A stretch of 32,000 nucleotides of DNA from an uncultured archaeon (GTDB lineage: Archaea > Iainarchaeota > Iainarchaeia > Iainarchaeales > CSSED10-239), in assembly GCA_964496765.1 (NCBI GenBank), contig CAZCAP010000005.1, positions 1 through 32,000 of the forward strand, in the 5' to 3' direction. Positions 17,185 to 26,109 of the stretch are shown in pieces. Numbering within the stretch: the first letter of the stretch is position 1; each line of letters begins with the position of its first letter. A model generated the notes under the pieces. It ran no database searches. It saw nothing but the letters and a program-made list of their open reading frames with translations, and was not told the origin of the DNA. A program made the translations under genes and the position numbers.

Positions 17185-17307
17185 AGTTGTTCACCTCAAA
17201 TTTTAAATTCAAATTTTGTATTTTTTACTATAAAATAAGTTATATTTTATCTTAATATATAATATACGCATAGTTCTATTTAAATATGTTTCTTCAAGGA
17301 CTTTTCT

Positions 17308-17619
17308 TCAAATACTTATCTTCTTTACGTAATTACAGGATAAACAATGAAGTGAAACATACTTTTTTGTTTTATGATTAATTTTATTTCTTATTATTCT
17401 TGTTTTTGTGTTGTTTAGATCCCTTAGCTCATAGCAATTTTTACAAACTAGCATGTGTGTTTCCTTTGGAAATCTATAATTAATCTTTTTTGCAAGTTCA
17501 AATGCTAATTGCACATATCTCCTAATATATGGATTATTTTTTCTATTCTTTTTTTCAGAAATAGCGAAATCAATTAGGTAAGATATTTTTTTTCTAATTA
17601 CATCTTTGTTTTTTACCAT
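17308..17619 (-). CDS. rnp4: Ribonuclease P protein component 4 (Rpp21/Rpr2-like)
   Basis: Basic helical N-terminus plus CKNC...CLSC zinc ribbon; start at MVKNKD (17619) avoids overlap with tRNA-Gly. Confidence 0.82.
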   Translation of the reverse strand: MVKNKDVIRKKISYLIDFAISEKKNRKNNPYIRRYVQLAFELAKKINYRFPKETHMLVCKNCYELRDLNNTKTRIIRNKINHKTKKYVSLHCLSCNYVKKISI

Positions 17620-17653
17620 AATTTCTCCTTTCTTTAAATATTTAAAAGAGAAA

Positions 17654-17725
17654 TGCACCCGCCGAGAGTCGGACTCGGGCCGAAAGCTTGGCAAGCTCCC
17701 ATACTAACCACTATACTACAGGTGC
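17654..17725 (-). tRNA. tRNA-Gly (anticodon GCC)
   Basis: GCACCTG/CGGGTGC acceptor, GGAGC-TTGCCAA-GCTTT anticodon stem-loop, T arm CCGAG-TCCGACT-CTCGG. Confidence 0.92.
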
Positions 17726-17783
17726 ATTACTTGAATAATAATATAATTAACATAAAAAATGTTTATAAATGTGTTGTCTTAGC

Positions 17784-19571
17784 TTAAATGTGAGTTAAAT
17801 TTTCAACCTTCTTTTTTGGTTTAATTAACAGGAACGCAACTATCAGGATAATAAACAAAGCAAGCAGGATATATCCAGTGTATCCTCTACTGTTTGACTT
17901 TTCAAAAATTTTCATTTTATTTAAATCCCCCCAAATAGAGTTTGAATCTAAATTACTATCATTAATTGAAGACAAATTACTATCTATTGATTCATCAATA
18001 ACTTTAATTTCTTGGGTTGGATAAACAAATATGCTTTTTGAATAATCATAGTCTCCAGAAATAATTAAATCCAAAGTGCAAGAATCTATTCTACTAAATA
18101 CTTTTGTATAGGATTCTGGTTCATTTGATTGCATAATTGGAATGCTCTTGGATTCACTTGAAACAACCCCACAATAATTAAAGTCAAAATTTAAATTTTT
18201 AATTACATTTGTATGATTAACAATGTCCATAGCTAAATATAATTTATTATCCTTAAAATAAAATATTGGTGGGAGCACAAAGAATGCTTCCTGATATAGC
18301 CCATCTGTTACATATACATTTACACTACCAGTCACATCATTGAATTGATTTGCTAAAATATAACTGTAATACATAGGACTATTTAAACTTGGAAGAATAA
18401 AATGATAAATTAATTCTTTATCTTGAAAAGGATCTAAATATACTATCTCCTCACTATATCTTGGATATACTTGAGTAAATGAATCATGGGTTCTTAGAAC
18501 AACAAGTGTTGCAAGAGGATTTGCATTAGTGTTTTTAATATTTGCTTTGATTGTAAATGCACTATTTGTTTTCATATTTTCTGGAGAAGATAAATTTATG
18601 TTTAAAACATCTGAATAACCATAGTCAGCATAACTCTTCTGAGTATTAATATTAAATGATTTAATTTTTTCTTGAAAATCAATATTAACTGTGCTCATGG
18701 TTGTTAGCCTGTCTTTTATGTCTTCTGGATCCTTTGATTTAGAAACAACGACGTGACTAGCATCCACTTGCCCTACCTCTCCATAGGTTGCATCAACAGG
18801 TATCCAATCATAACCAGGAACATAGGCTTCTACCCAGGCATGTGCATCCCATGATAGAGTACTATTAGCATAGCCAGATACATATCTTGCTGGTATCCCT
18901 CTTGCTCTTAACAGGGCAGCAGTTAGATTTGCAAATTCATCACATACTCCTTTTCTTGTTGAAAGAACAGTTATTGAGTCCTCAATGCTATCTGAATAAA
19001 TAGCATCATAAACAATATTTTGATGAACCCAATTGGTTATCTCTACAATCTCAGTAATAGCATCATTGCTTGTTTTAATTGCATTTGCTAGAGAAATGAT
19101 CTCACTTCTATTTGATTGTATATTTCGTGTTGGTTCTAGATATTCATTGTTATCAGTAATTGGATTTGTTAAATCGTATTTTGTTTTTGGGAGAATGATT
19201 TTATTTTCTGCTTTAATATTTGTATTAATATGAAAATCATATTTATAGCTATCAATGGTTTCAATCTCAAAAGTTGCAATATCATTCCCATATTCATCAG
19301 TTTCAATGGTTGCAGGAATTTTTGTGCCATGGGAATCAATATAATAAACATCACGAGAAACAATCTGAGATCTTTGATTAGAAAAAATAGGAGTTGTAAA
19401 TGTAAATGAATTGTTTTCTTGATAGCTTGTAATTAGAATAGGCACAGTTAAATTAATATCAACATCTATCATTTTTGTTTTTATTGCATCAAAATTTAAT
19501 TTTTGATCAGCAAACACAGTTGATGAAAATATAATTAATAATAGTAATATCAATATCTTAAATTTTTTCAT
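17784..19571 (-). CDS. Secreted/membrane-anchored transglutaminase-like domain protein
   Basis: Signal peptide, TRKGVCDEFANLTAALLRARGIPARYVSGYA (Cys), DAHAWVEAYVPGYDWIPVDATYG (His, Asp), C-terminal TM helix. Confidence 0.88.
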   Translation of the reverse strand: MKKFKILILLLLIIFSSTVFADQKLNFDAIKTKMIDVDINLTVPILITSYQENNSFTFTTPIFSNQRSQIVSRDVYYIDSHGTKIPATIETDEYGNDIATFEIETIDSYKYDFHINTNIKAENKIILPKTKYDLTNPITDNNEYLEPTRNIQSNRSEIISLANAIKTSNDAITEIVEITNWVHQNIVYDAIYSDSIEDSITVLSTRKGVCDEFANLTAALLRARGIPARYVSGYANSTLSWDAHAWVEAYVPGYDWIPVDATYGEVGQVDASHVVVSKSKDPEDIKDRLTTMSTVNIDFQEKIKSFNINTQKSYADYGYSDVLNINLSSPENMKTNSAFTIKANIKNTNANPLATLVVLRTHDSFTQVYPRYSEEIVYLDPFQDKELIYHFILPSLNSPMYYSYILANQFNDVTGSVNVYVTDGLYQEAFFVLPPIFYFKDNKLYLAMDIVNHTNVIKNLNFDFNYCGVVSSESKSIPIMQSNEPESYTKVFSRIDSCTLDLIISGDYDYSKSIFVYPTQEIKVIDESIDSNLSSINDSNLDSNSIWGDLNKMKIFEKSNSRGYTGYILLALFIILIVAFLLIKPKKKVENLTHI

Positions 19572-19641
19572 ATTTGTTCAAAAGTATATACAATAAAAAG
19601 ATTTTTAAAGTAAATCAATAGAATATATTTCTTAAACTAAA

Positions 19642-20304
19642 GTGATTACTATGAAAACAAAGTATACAAACATTATTGTTATTGGAATTATATTGCTTGC
19701 AATAATTATTGGAATTTATTTCTACCCTGTGCTTCCTGATTCAATGGCAAGCCACTGGAACGGAAATGGGGTTGTTAATGGACACATGCCTAAATTCTGG
19801 GGTGTCTTTCTAATGCCTCTTATCCTCATTGGAATGTTCCTATTACTTAGGTATCTTCCAAAATTAGACCCACTCAGGAGAAATGTGGATGGTTTTATGG
19901 GACACTACAATATATTCATAATTATTTTCGCATTATTTTTATTTTATATATATGTATTAACATTATTTTTTAATATTTATACAAACGCACAAAACATGTT
20001 TATTTATTTTGCACCAGCATTTGCAATCCTGATCTACTATTGCGGTATATTAATATCCAATGCAAAAAGAAATTGGTTTATTGGAATTAGAAATCCATGG
20101 ACATTATCTTCTGATTATGTGTGGAAGGAAACACATAGACTGGGAGGAGTTTTATTTAAGTTAGTTGCAATCTTAAGTCTAGTAGGTGTATTCTTACCTC
20201 AACTTGCTATGTGGTTCATATTGATTCCCATATTAATTGCTGTTATAGGAATTATGATATATTCATATATGGTTTATAAAAAAGAGAACACAATTAAAAA
20301 ATAA
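19642..20304 (+). CDS. SdpI/DUF1648-family membrane protein
   Basis: YFYPVLPDSMASHWNGNGVVNGHMPKFWGVFLMPL and RNWFIGIRNPWTLSSDYVWKETHRLGG; probable start is the internal ATG (MKTKY). Confidence 0.85.
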   Translation: MITMKTKYTNIIVIGIILLAIIIGIYFYPVLPDSMASHWNGNGVVNGHMPKFWGVFLMPLILIGMFLLLRYLPKLDPLRRNVDGFMGHYNIFIIIFALFLFYIYVLTLFFNIYTNAQNMFIYFAPAFAILIYYCGILISNAKRNWFIGIRNPWTLSSDYVWKETHRLGGVLFKLVAILSLVGVFLPQLAMWFILIPILIAVIGIMIYSYMVYKKENTIKK

Positions 20305-20306
20305 AG

Positions 20307-20388
20307 TGCAAGGGACAGGATTCGAACCTGCGAAGCACTAAGCACACGGTCCTTAGCCGTGTCCCTTTGACCGCTCGGGAACCCCTGC
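20307..20388 (-). tRNA. tRNA-Leu (anticodon reads AAG)
   Basis: GCAGGGG/CCCTTGC acceptor, long variable arm, anticodon stem-loop CACGG-CTAAGGA-CCGTG, T arm GCAGG-TTCGAAT-CCTGT. Confidence 0.92.
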
Positions 20389-20485
20389 ATTAGCCTTTCT
20401 TAAGAAGAAAGCCTATGAAAAGAAACTATTTCTTTTGGATACTAGAAAATCTTAATTAAAAAAAATTAAAGAAATACGATAAAAG

Positions 20486-20558
20486 TGGTCCTAAGCGGAT
20501 TCGAACCGCTGATTCTCACCTTGTAAGGGTGATGTCATAACCGCTAGACCATAGGACC
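20486..20558 (-). tRNA. tRNA-Val (anticodon TAC)
   Basis: GGTCCTA/TAGGACC acceptor, TCACC-CTTACAA-GGTGA anticodon stem-loop, T arm AGCGG-TTCGAAT-CCGCT. Confidence 0.95.
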
Positions 20559-20729
20559 AATCTATACTTAATATAAACTTATGAACTAAAAGTAATTTAA
20601 ATATGTTGGTTTTCAAAAAACTAAAATTTTGGAAAAAGAAAAGGTTTAAATACATAATATCTTAATATATATACCTTTTAATAATAGGAGATAATAACTA
20701 AAAACTCAAAAAAAATAGGTGAGACTTAG

Positions 20730-21128
20730 ATGTTTAATAAACAATATATAACAAAACTAATTGGGGCGTTCATATTTGTATTTGGTTTGTTTTTTTTATT
20801 ACTTGCCATCACAAATATATTCAATGAAGTTGAATTCATAAAAGAATATAATCAATGTATAACAGTTGCTGATTATACTCCAGAAATACTAGATACCTGT
20901 AAAATAAATGTATCCAGCGGACTTAACATTGTAATTAGAGCTAATCAGGTTGAACTAGCAACTGGACAGTATCTAAGAGTATTCTTTTGGCAAATAATAC
21001 AAATACTATTCGCAGTAATTCTACTCATTGTTGGTGATTACATCTATCTTTCAAGAAAGAAAGAAGAAGTACCACAGCGAAAACCAATATTTGTTAAAAA
21101 GAAAACAGTAAAAAAGAAAAGAAGATAA
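20730..21128 (+). CDS. Hypothetical protein with two predicted TM helices
   Basis: LIGAFIFVFGLFFLLLAITNIF and IIQILFAVILLIVGDYIYL, basic C-terminus. Confidence 0.6.
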   Translation: MFNKQYITKLIGAFIFVFGLFFLLLAITNIFNEVEFIKEYNQCITVADYTPEILDTCKINVSSGLNIVIRANQVELATGQYLRVFFWQIIQILFAVILLIVGDYIYLSRKKEEVPQRKPIFVKKKTVKKKRR

Positions 21129-21155
21129 ATTAATCTTCTTCTCTTATCTTTTATT

Positions 21156-23045
21156 TTATTTAAGTTCATCAAATGTAACTATATTTATTTCTTTATCATT
21201 CTTAATGGATGTTTTTGGAGATACAAGGAACTTAACTCCCTTCTCCTTAGATACATCAATTAATTCATTTGATAGAGGCATGTCTGTTACAATTGCATAA
21301 ATCTTATTGGGCTTGAATCCTTCAAGCTTAGAAAGTAGATCTTCATTCTTTGAAGAACCAATTCTCCTAAACTTTTCATTTAGGATCTTGGTTTGTCCCT
21401 TATTATCCCCTTCATTAACAATTTCAGAAAGTGATTGCTTAATCTTGTCTGTTAATTTAGGAAGAACAACCTGTTTTTTAGGTTCTGTTTTTTTTGGTTT
21501 TGGTTCTTTCTCTTTAACTACTTCTTTTTCTAGGACTGGTGCATTCACTACAATTGGATCATTTATTTTTGTAGTATAGGCATCAACTTCCACAGAACTA
21601 AAATCAGTAATTTTTTTTGAATCTATAGCAGTTATCTTTTTTTCATCATAATTTGATTGTGGAGAAATTATACCAACTAATTCTTTAGGGATAGAAGTTG
21701 CGTCATCTGCTTGAATTGGTTTAGAAAAATTATTAGAATCCCTATTAAATGGTTTTCTGAAATCATCACGTTTTTGGAAACCACCATCTCTTCTTTGGAA
21801 ATTATTATCCTTTCTAAATGAATCTCTGTTTCCTGAATTATTTCTATCTCTACTGAAGTTCCCTCCACTACTACGGTTGTCTCTTCCTCCAAATCCTCTT
21901 GGACTTGCAGAAACATCTACTCTTTCAACATTTGGGATACTTGACAGTATACTATCAAATTCATTTTTTTTGAAATCATCTCTTGGTGCTGAAGAAGTAT
22001 GTTCATAGCGAGAAGGAGTGTTTTCACGATGTGGTTGATAACTACCTGCAGTTTCTTCTCTTCTTTGTCCAAATGCAAGTGGTTTTATTATTTTATGTTC
22101 ATTTGTTGCAGAAAATTTAGTTTGTTTTACTAAATTTGGAATTGAAGCTGTTGTAACAGCTGGTGTTTCATTATCTACTGGAGTTGATGTTCCTGAAACA
22201 GGACTAGGAAATCTTTGTTTGTTTAGATCAATATATCCTGCTTTAATCTTTCTTCTTAGAGCCTGATTAATTTCCTTTTGAGTTAGTTCTTCAACTTCTT
22301 TACCATCTGGTGCTCTTGAAATAAAATCAACCTTCATATACTTAAGTAATTGAGATTGTTGTATTTCTCCTCCATGATCTCCATCAAGGAAAAGAGTAAC
22401 AGTCTTACCCTTACAAATATCAGATAATGATCTTGGTATTCTTGCACCACCAGTTGAAATTACATTTGTAAAACCATACCTTAGCATGTTAATTACGTCT
22501 GCTCTTCCTTCAACAACAATAACTTCCTTACTTGAACCTATTGTTGGACCAGCAGGAAGCTTATCAGGACCATAGAGAATAATATCCTTTGTTTTAAATA
22601 ATTCCTGTATTTCGTCCATAAGCTCTTTAGTATCAGGTATCTCTTCCTGCATAACCTTACCAAGAAGCTCAATTGCTCTTTCTTTAATTTGTTTTCTTTT
22701 AAGACCTCTTGTGTCTTCAATTTGTTTAATTATAAAGAAGGTATCACATGGACCAACCTTATCAATGGTTTCTATTGCAGCACCAATTATTGCTGTTTCA
22801 ACCATGGATAGAGAACAAGGTAGTTTTAATGTTCCTGTTGTTTTATTGTTTGAATGGTTGACTGTGATTTCTATTCTTCCAATCTTTCCATTCTGTTGAA
22901 GTTCTTTTATATCAAGCTGTGATCCTAAAAGTCCTTCTGATTGTCCAAAGATAGCACCAATAACATCTGGTCTCTCTACTAATCCCTGAACCTCAAAATC
23001 CGCAACAATCAAGTATTTGATTGTTTCTAAATAGGTTTTACCCAT
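21156..23045 (-). CDS. dnaG: Archaeal DnaG-type primase/Toprim protein with low-complexity insert
   Basis: KTYLETIKYLIVADFEVQGLVERPDVIGAIFGQSEGLLG, EVIVVEGRADVINMLRYGFTNVISTGG, TVTLFLDGDHGG; 629 aa. Confidence 0.95.
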   Translation of the reverse strand: MGKTYLETIKYLIVADFEVQGLVERPDVIGAIFGQSEGLLGSQLDIKELQQNGKIGRIEITVNHSNNKTTGTLKLPCSLSMVETAIIGAAIETIDKVGPCDTFFIIKQIEDTRGLKRKQIKERAIELLGKVMQEEIPDTKELMDEIQELFKTKDIILYGPDKLPAGPTIGSSKEVIVVEGRADVINMLRYGFTNVISTGGARIPRSLSDICKGKTVTLFLDGDHGGEIQQSQLLKYMKVDFISRAPDGKEVEELTQKEINQALRRKIKAGYIDLNKQRFPSPVSGTSTPVDNETPAVTTASIPNLVKQTKFSATNEHKIIKPLAFGQRREETAGSYQPHRENTPSRYEHTSSAPRDDFKKNEFDSILSSIPNVERVDVSASPRGFGGRDNRSSGGNFSRDRNNSGNRDSFRKDNNFQRRDGGFQKRDDFRKPFNRDSNNFSKPIQADDATSIPKELVGIISPQSNYDEKKITAIDSKKITDFSSVEVDAYTTKINDPIVVNAPVLEKEVVKEKEPKPKKTEPKKQVVLPKLTDKIKQSLSEIVNEGDNKGQTKILNEKFRRIGSSKNEDLLSKLEGFKPNKIYAIVTDMPLSNELIDVSKEKGVKFLVSPKTSIKNDKEINIVTFDELK

Positions 23046-23159
23046 AATTCATTCACCTGTTTAATTATATCTTGTTATTTAATCTAATGAAACAGGAATT
23101 TAATTCATATTTTAAAAATAGTTAGGTTTCAAAATAAAAATAGTATATGCATCTGGAAT

Positions 23160-23396
23160 TTATAGAATTTCAATAATCTTGTGATGACTCTTCTCACCTT
23201 TGATTATCTTTATTCCATATCCATTTTCTTTAAAAAGCTCTACTAGTCTTCTATTGGCCTTCCCATCCACAGGGATCGCCTTTAATCTGACTTTAAGCTT
23301 TTTGCCTTCAAGTAATTCAATCTCATTTTTCTTTGAATTACATATTACATTAACTTCTAAAATCTCACCTTTTTGGAAGTTAATTTTTTTTTGCAT
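23160..23396 (-). CDS. DUF167/YggU-family protein
   Basis: LKVRLKAIPVDGKANRRLVELFKENGYGIKIIKGEKSHHKII. Confidence 0.87.
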   Translation of the reverse strand: MQKKINFQKGEILEVNVICNSKKNEIELLEGKKLKVRLKAIPVDGKANRRLVELFKENGYGIKIIKGEKSHHKIIEIL

Positions 23397-23609
23397 ATCA
23401 CTTTATTTTGATTAATTATAACTATTTTCAAATTATTAAATTCTGTTCTATAAAGATTTAACTTATTCCTTAAATTTTATATTTATTTTAAAAAAACAAA
23501 TAAAAATATAAACTTAATTTCCATTATTATATTATATAATGAAACAAAATGTTTATAAAATAGTGGAATAACGTATATACTATATTAGTTAAAAAGGGAA
23601 AGAGAATTT

Positions 23610-24008
23610 ATGAAAAACAAAGCAAAAGGATCAAACGCTGAAAGAGAGCTTCTTCTTATGTTCTTTAAAGAGGGATTTGGAGTATCTAGGGTTGCTGGAT
23701 CAGGTTCCTCCCAATTACCCACACCAGACATTATTGCCTGTAGGAAAGGTAGGTGTGTAGCCATTGAATGTAAGACAAAAAGTGGGGAATATTTAAATAT
23801 TAGGCCTGAACAGGTTGAAGAACTAAGAATATGGGAAGATATGGCTTCATTTCCTGCATATGTGGCCTGGAGACTAGGAAAGGATAAATGGTACTTTATT
23901 TCTCACAAAGATCTTAATAAAACAAAGAAAGCCTATTCCATAAAAAAGGAAGAAATTATGGAAAAGGGAATGGATTTTAAAGCATTTATAAACCTTCTGA
24001 CTCATTAA
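23610..24008 (+). CDS. hjc: Archaeal Holliday junction resolvase Hjc-like
   Basis: KGSNAERELLLMFFKEGFGVSRVAGSGSSQLPTPDIIACRKGRCVAIECKTKS. Confidence 0.92.
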   Translation: MKNKAKGSNAERELLLMFFKEGFGVSRVAGSGSSQLPTPDIIACRKGRCVAIECKTKSGEYLNIRPEQVEELRIWEDMASFPAYVAWRLGKDKWYFISHKDLNKTKKAYSIKKEEIMEKGMDFKAFINLLTH

Positions 24009-24060
24009 TATATATTAAGGTAAACTCTTTTTTTAATATTAAAAATAAGGTAGAATAAAT

Positions 24061-24198
24061 ATGTATATGGAACTTGAAGAAATCATAAATGCTCTTGAAA
24101 GAGAGGCAAAAAAAGAAAAAGGACTTAAAAATAAATGCCTCTATGATACATCAATTTCTGCTTTAAAAGAACTAAAAGATAGAAAATTAGATAAATAA
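24061..24198 (+). CDS. Small charged protein, 45 aa
   Basis: Manual translation MYMELEEIINALEREAKKEKGLKNKCLYDTSISALKELKDRKLDK; downstream of hjc, ends tail-to-tail with pth2. Confidence 0.4.
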   Translation: MYMELEEIINALEREAKKEKGLKNKCLYDTSISALKELKDRKLDK

Positions 24199-24200
24199 AG

Positions 24201-24548
24201 TTATAATAATTTATATTTTGCTGTGAATTTATCAACTTCACTTTCTTTAATAGGACCTATTCCAATGCAAGTGAAATCAGGAGCTGGTAATTGAGTGTGA
24301 GCTGCATCTTTTATTAGAACAGCAGTTAATTGATTTTTCACTTCTTGAAAGAGAGCAAGTAGTTCTTCTCTTGATTCAATTTTGAGCACAACTTTTTTTT
24401 GGCCTTCATCAAGCCAGGCTTCTGCAACCTTTGGATTTCTTTTAGAAGTTAGAATGTAGGATTCAACTGCTGCATGTGAGACCTGGGCAGCAATCTTGCC
24501 TTTCCCAAGTTTCAAATCATTTCTAAAAATAATAACTTGTTTGTACAT
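24201..24548 (-). CDS. pth2: Peptidyl-tRNA hydrolase, Pth2 family
   Basis: KQVIIFRNDLKLGKGKIAAQVSHAAVESY...TCIGIGPIKESEVDKFTAKYKLL. Confidence 0.95.
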   Translation of the reverse strand: MYKQVIIFRNDLKLGKGKIAAQVSHAAVESYILTSKRNPKVAEAWLDEGQKKVVLKIESREELLALFQEVKNQLTAVLIKDAAHTQLPAPDFTCIGIGPIKESEVDKFTAKYKLL

Positions 24549-24600
24549 ATATTTTAATTGAATTCATTTATATTTGTTAAGATTTAAAAAAATAGATGAA

Positions 24601-24975
24601 TTATTCATCTATTGAATCAAGCTTTGTTAGAACAACATCAGAAGCTTCAAGTCCTAAATAGGTAACCTTCCAGGTTGTGTGATTTTTACCCCACATTGAA
24701 GTAATTTCTTTTGTTTCATTAATTGTAAGCTCAGTATTGTACTCATAGCCCTTGTGCTCGTTCTTAACCATGTACAATCTATCATATTCCATGATTATGT
24801 GCTTAGGATTTGCATGAACAACCTTGAAGATGTTCTTTCCTCCATCCTCTTCAAACTCTTCATTAAGTTCAACATAAACAACCTTGTCTTCGAACTTGTT
24901 GTTTTTTGGTCTTTCCATGTCTGTTATTTTTCTTATTAAATGTATTTTTATTTCCATAATATTCATCTTCTCCAA
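24601..24975 (-). CDS. Hypothetical protein, 124 aa
   Basis: Uninterrupted ORF between pth2 and kae1; no recognised family. Confidence 0.5.
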   Translation of the reverse strand: MEKMNIMEIKIHLIRKITDMERPKNNKFEDKVVYVELNEEFEEDGGKNIFKVVHANPKHIIMEYDRLYMVKNEHKGYEYNTELTINETKEITSMWGKNHTTWKVTYLGLEASDVVLTKLDSIDE

Positions 24976-25041
24976 AATTCATTCCTATAAATATCTTATT
25001 GTTTGCTATAAAGAAGTAGACAAATATATTTTTAAATATAT

Positions 25042-26043
25042 TTACCAGGTTATATTCACCTGATCAGTCCTAAATAGAGGATTAATTATGGTTTCTTTAA
25101 GATCCTGTGCACCATCAGCAAGATAATGTTTAAGCCCCAAATCTGCAATCATCACACCATTATCTAAGCAAACCTGGAAAGGAGGGATGTATAATTTAAT
25201 ACCTCTCTGATCACAGAACTTAATTAGCATCTCTTCTAGTGCTTTACTTGCTGCAACCCCCCCAATAACCATGAGTTCTTTCTTTTTTGTGTAGGATATA
25301 CCTCTTTCAGAGACTTCAAGAAGCATTGCATAGGCTGTGTGCATGAAAGAATAAACTAAATCTTCTTTTTTCACCTTACCAATAAGCTTGGTTGCTGATG
25401 TTAATAACCCAGAAAAAACTATATCCATTCCCTTAACTGAATAGGGAAGATCAATATAGTTATTAGATTCAAAATAGACCTTATCTAAGATTGGTCCACC
25501 TGGAAATCCATAACCTAATTCTCTTGCAAATGAATCAAATAGATTACCAATTCCAATATCTAATGTTTCACCTAAAATTTTATATTTATTATCATCTAAA
25601 GCAATTATTTGAGTGTTTGCTCCACTTGTGTAGATAACAAGTGGATCCTTAGCTTTCATTAATGTTTTTCCTATTTCAATGTGTGCAACACAATGATTAA
25701 CTCCAACAATTGGTTTATTATATTTAATTGATAATGTTCTTGCAAAAGTAGCACCCACTGATAAACAAGGACCTAGACCAGGGCCTTGAGCAAACGAGAT
25801 AACTGAAATATCTTTCATTTTTAATTTTGCAATTGTTAATGCTTCCTTTAGAACATCAATAGCATTTGAATAATGAAATTGAGCTGCATCAAATGGTTTA
25901 ATACCCTTGTCTGGTTGCTTGTATTGTTTTTTTACATTTGCAAGAATGATTCCATTAGAATCAATAATACCTATACCAAAGGTGTGAGCAGTTGATTCAA
26001 TTCCAAGAGATATTAATCTTTCTTGTTTTTGTTTAGAAACCAT
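25042..26043 (-). CDS. kae1: tRNA N6-adenosine threonylcarbamoyltransferase Kae1 (TsaD)
   Basis: LGIESTAHTFGIGIID, GVNHCVAHIEIG, SGANTQII, GVAASKALEEML; standalone, no Bud32 domain. Confidence 0.96.
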   Translation of the reverse strand: MVSKQKQERLISLGIESTAHTFGIGIIDSNGIILANVKKQYKQPDKGIKPFDAAQFHYSNAIDVLKEALTIAKLKMKDISVISFAQGPGLGPCLSVGATFARTLSIKYNKPIVGVNHCVAHIEIGKTLMKAKDPLVIYTSGANTQIIALDDNKYKILGETLDIGIGNLFDSFARELGYGFPGGPILDKVYFESNNYIDLPYSVKGMDIVFSGLLTSATKLIGKVKKEDLVYSFMHTAYAMLLEVSERGISYTKKKELMVIGGVAASKALEEMLIKFCDQRGIKLYIPPFQVCLDNGVMIADLGLKHYLADGAQDLKETIINPLFRTDQVNITW

Positions 26044-26109
26044 AATTATAATATAGATTAGAAGAATTTAAAAAATGAAAAGAAAAAGAAAGATAATAGA
26101 AATAATTAT

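Noticed and set aside
17620-17694. N-terminal extension of the RNase P component 4 ORF (MPSFRPESDSRRVHFSFKYLKKGEI)
   Set aside because: It is the read-through of the tRNA-Gly gene; the real start is most likely ATG at 17619.
19642-20304. SdpI-like gene as immunity part of a killing system
   Set aside because: SdpI/DUF1648 proteins are widespread transporters or regulators and no SdpC-like toxin gene is adjacent.
21677-21916. 79-aa minus-strand ORF inside dnaG
   Set aside because: Overlaps the dnaG reading frame in its low-complexity region; repetitive purine-rich composition opens shadow frames.
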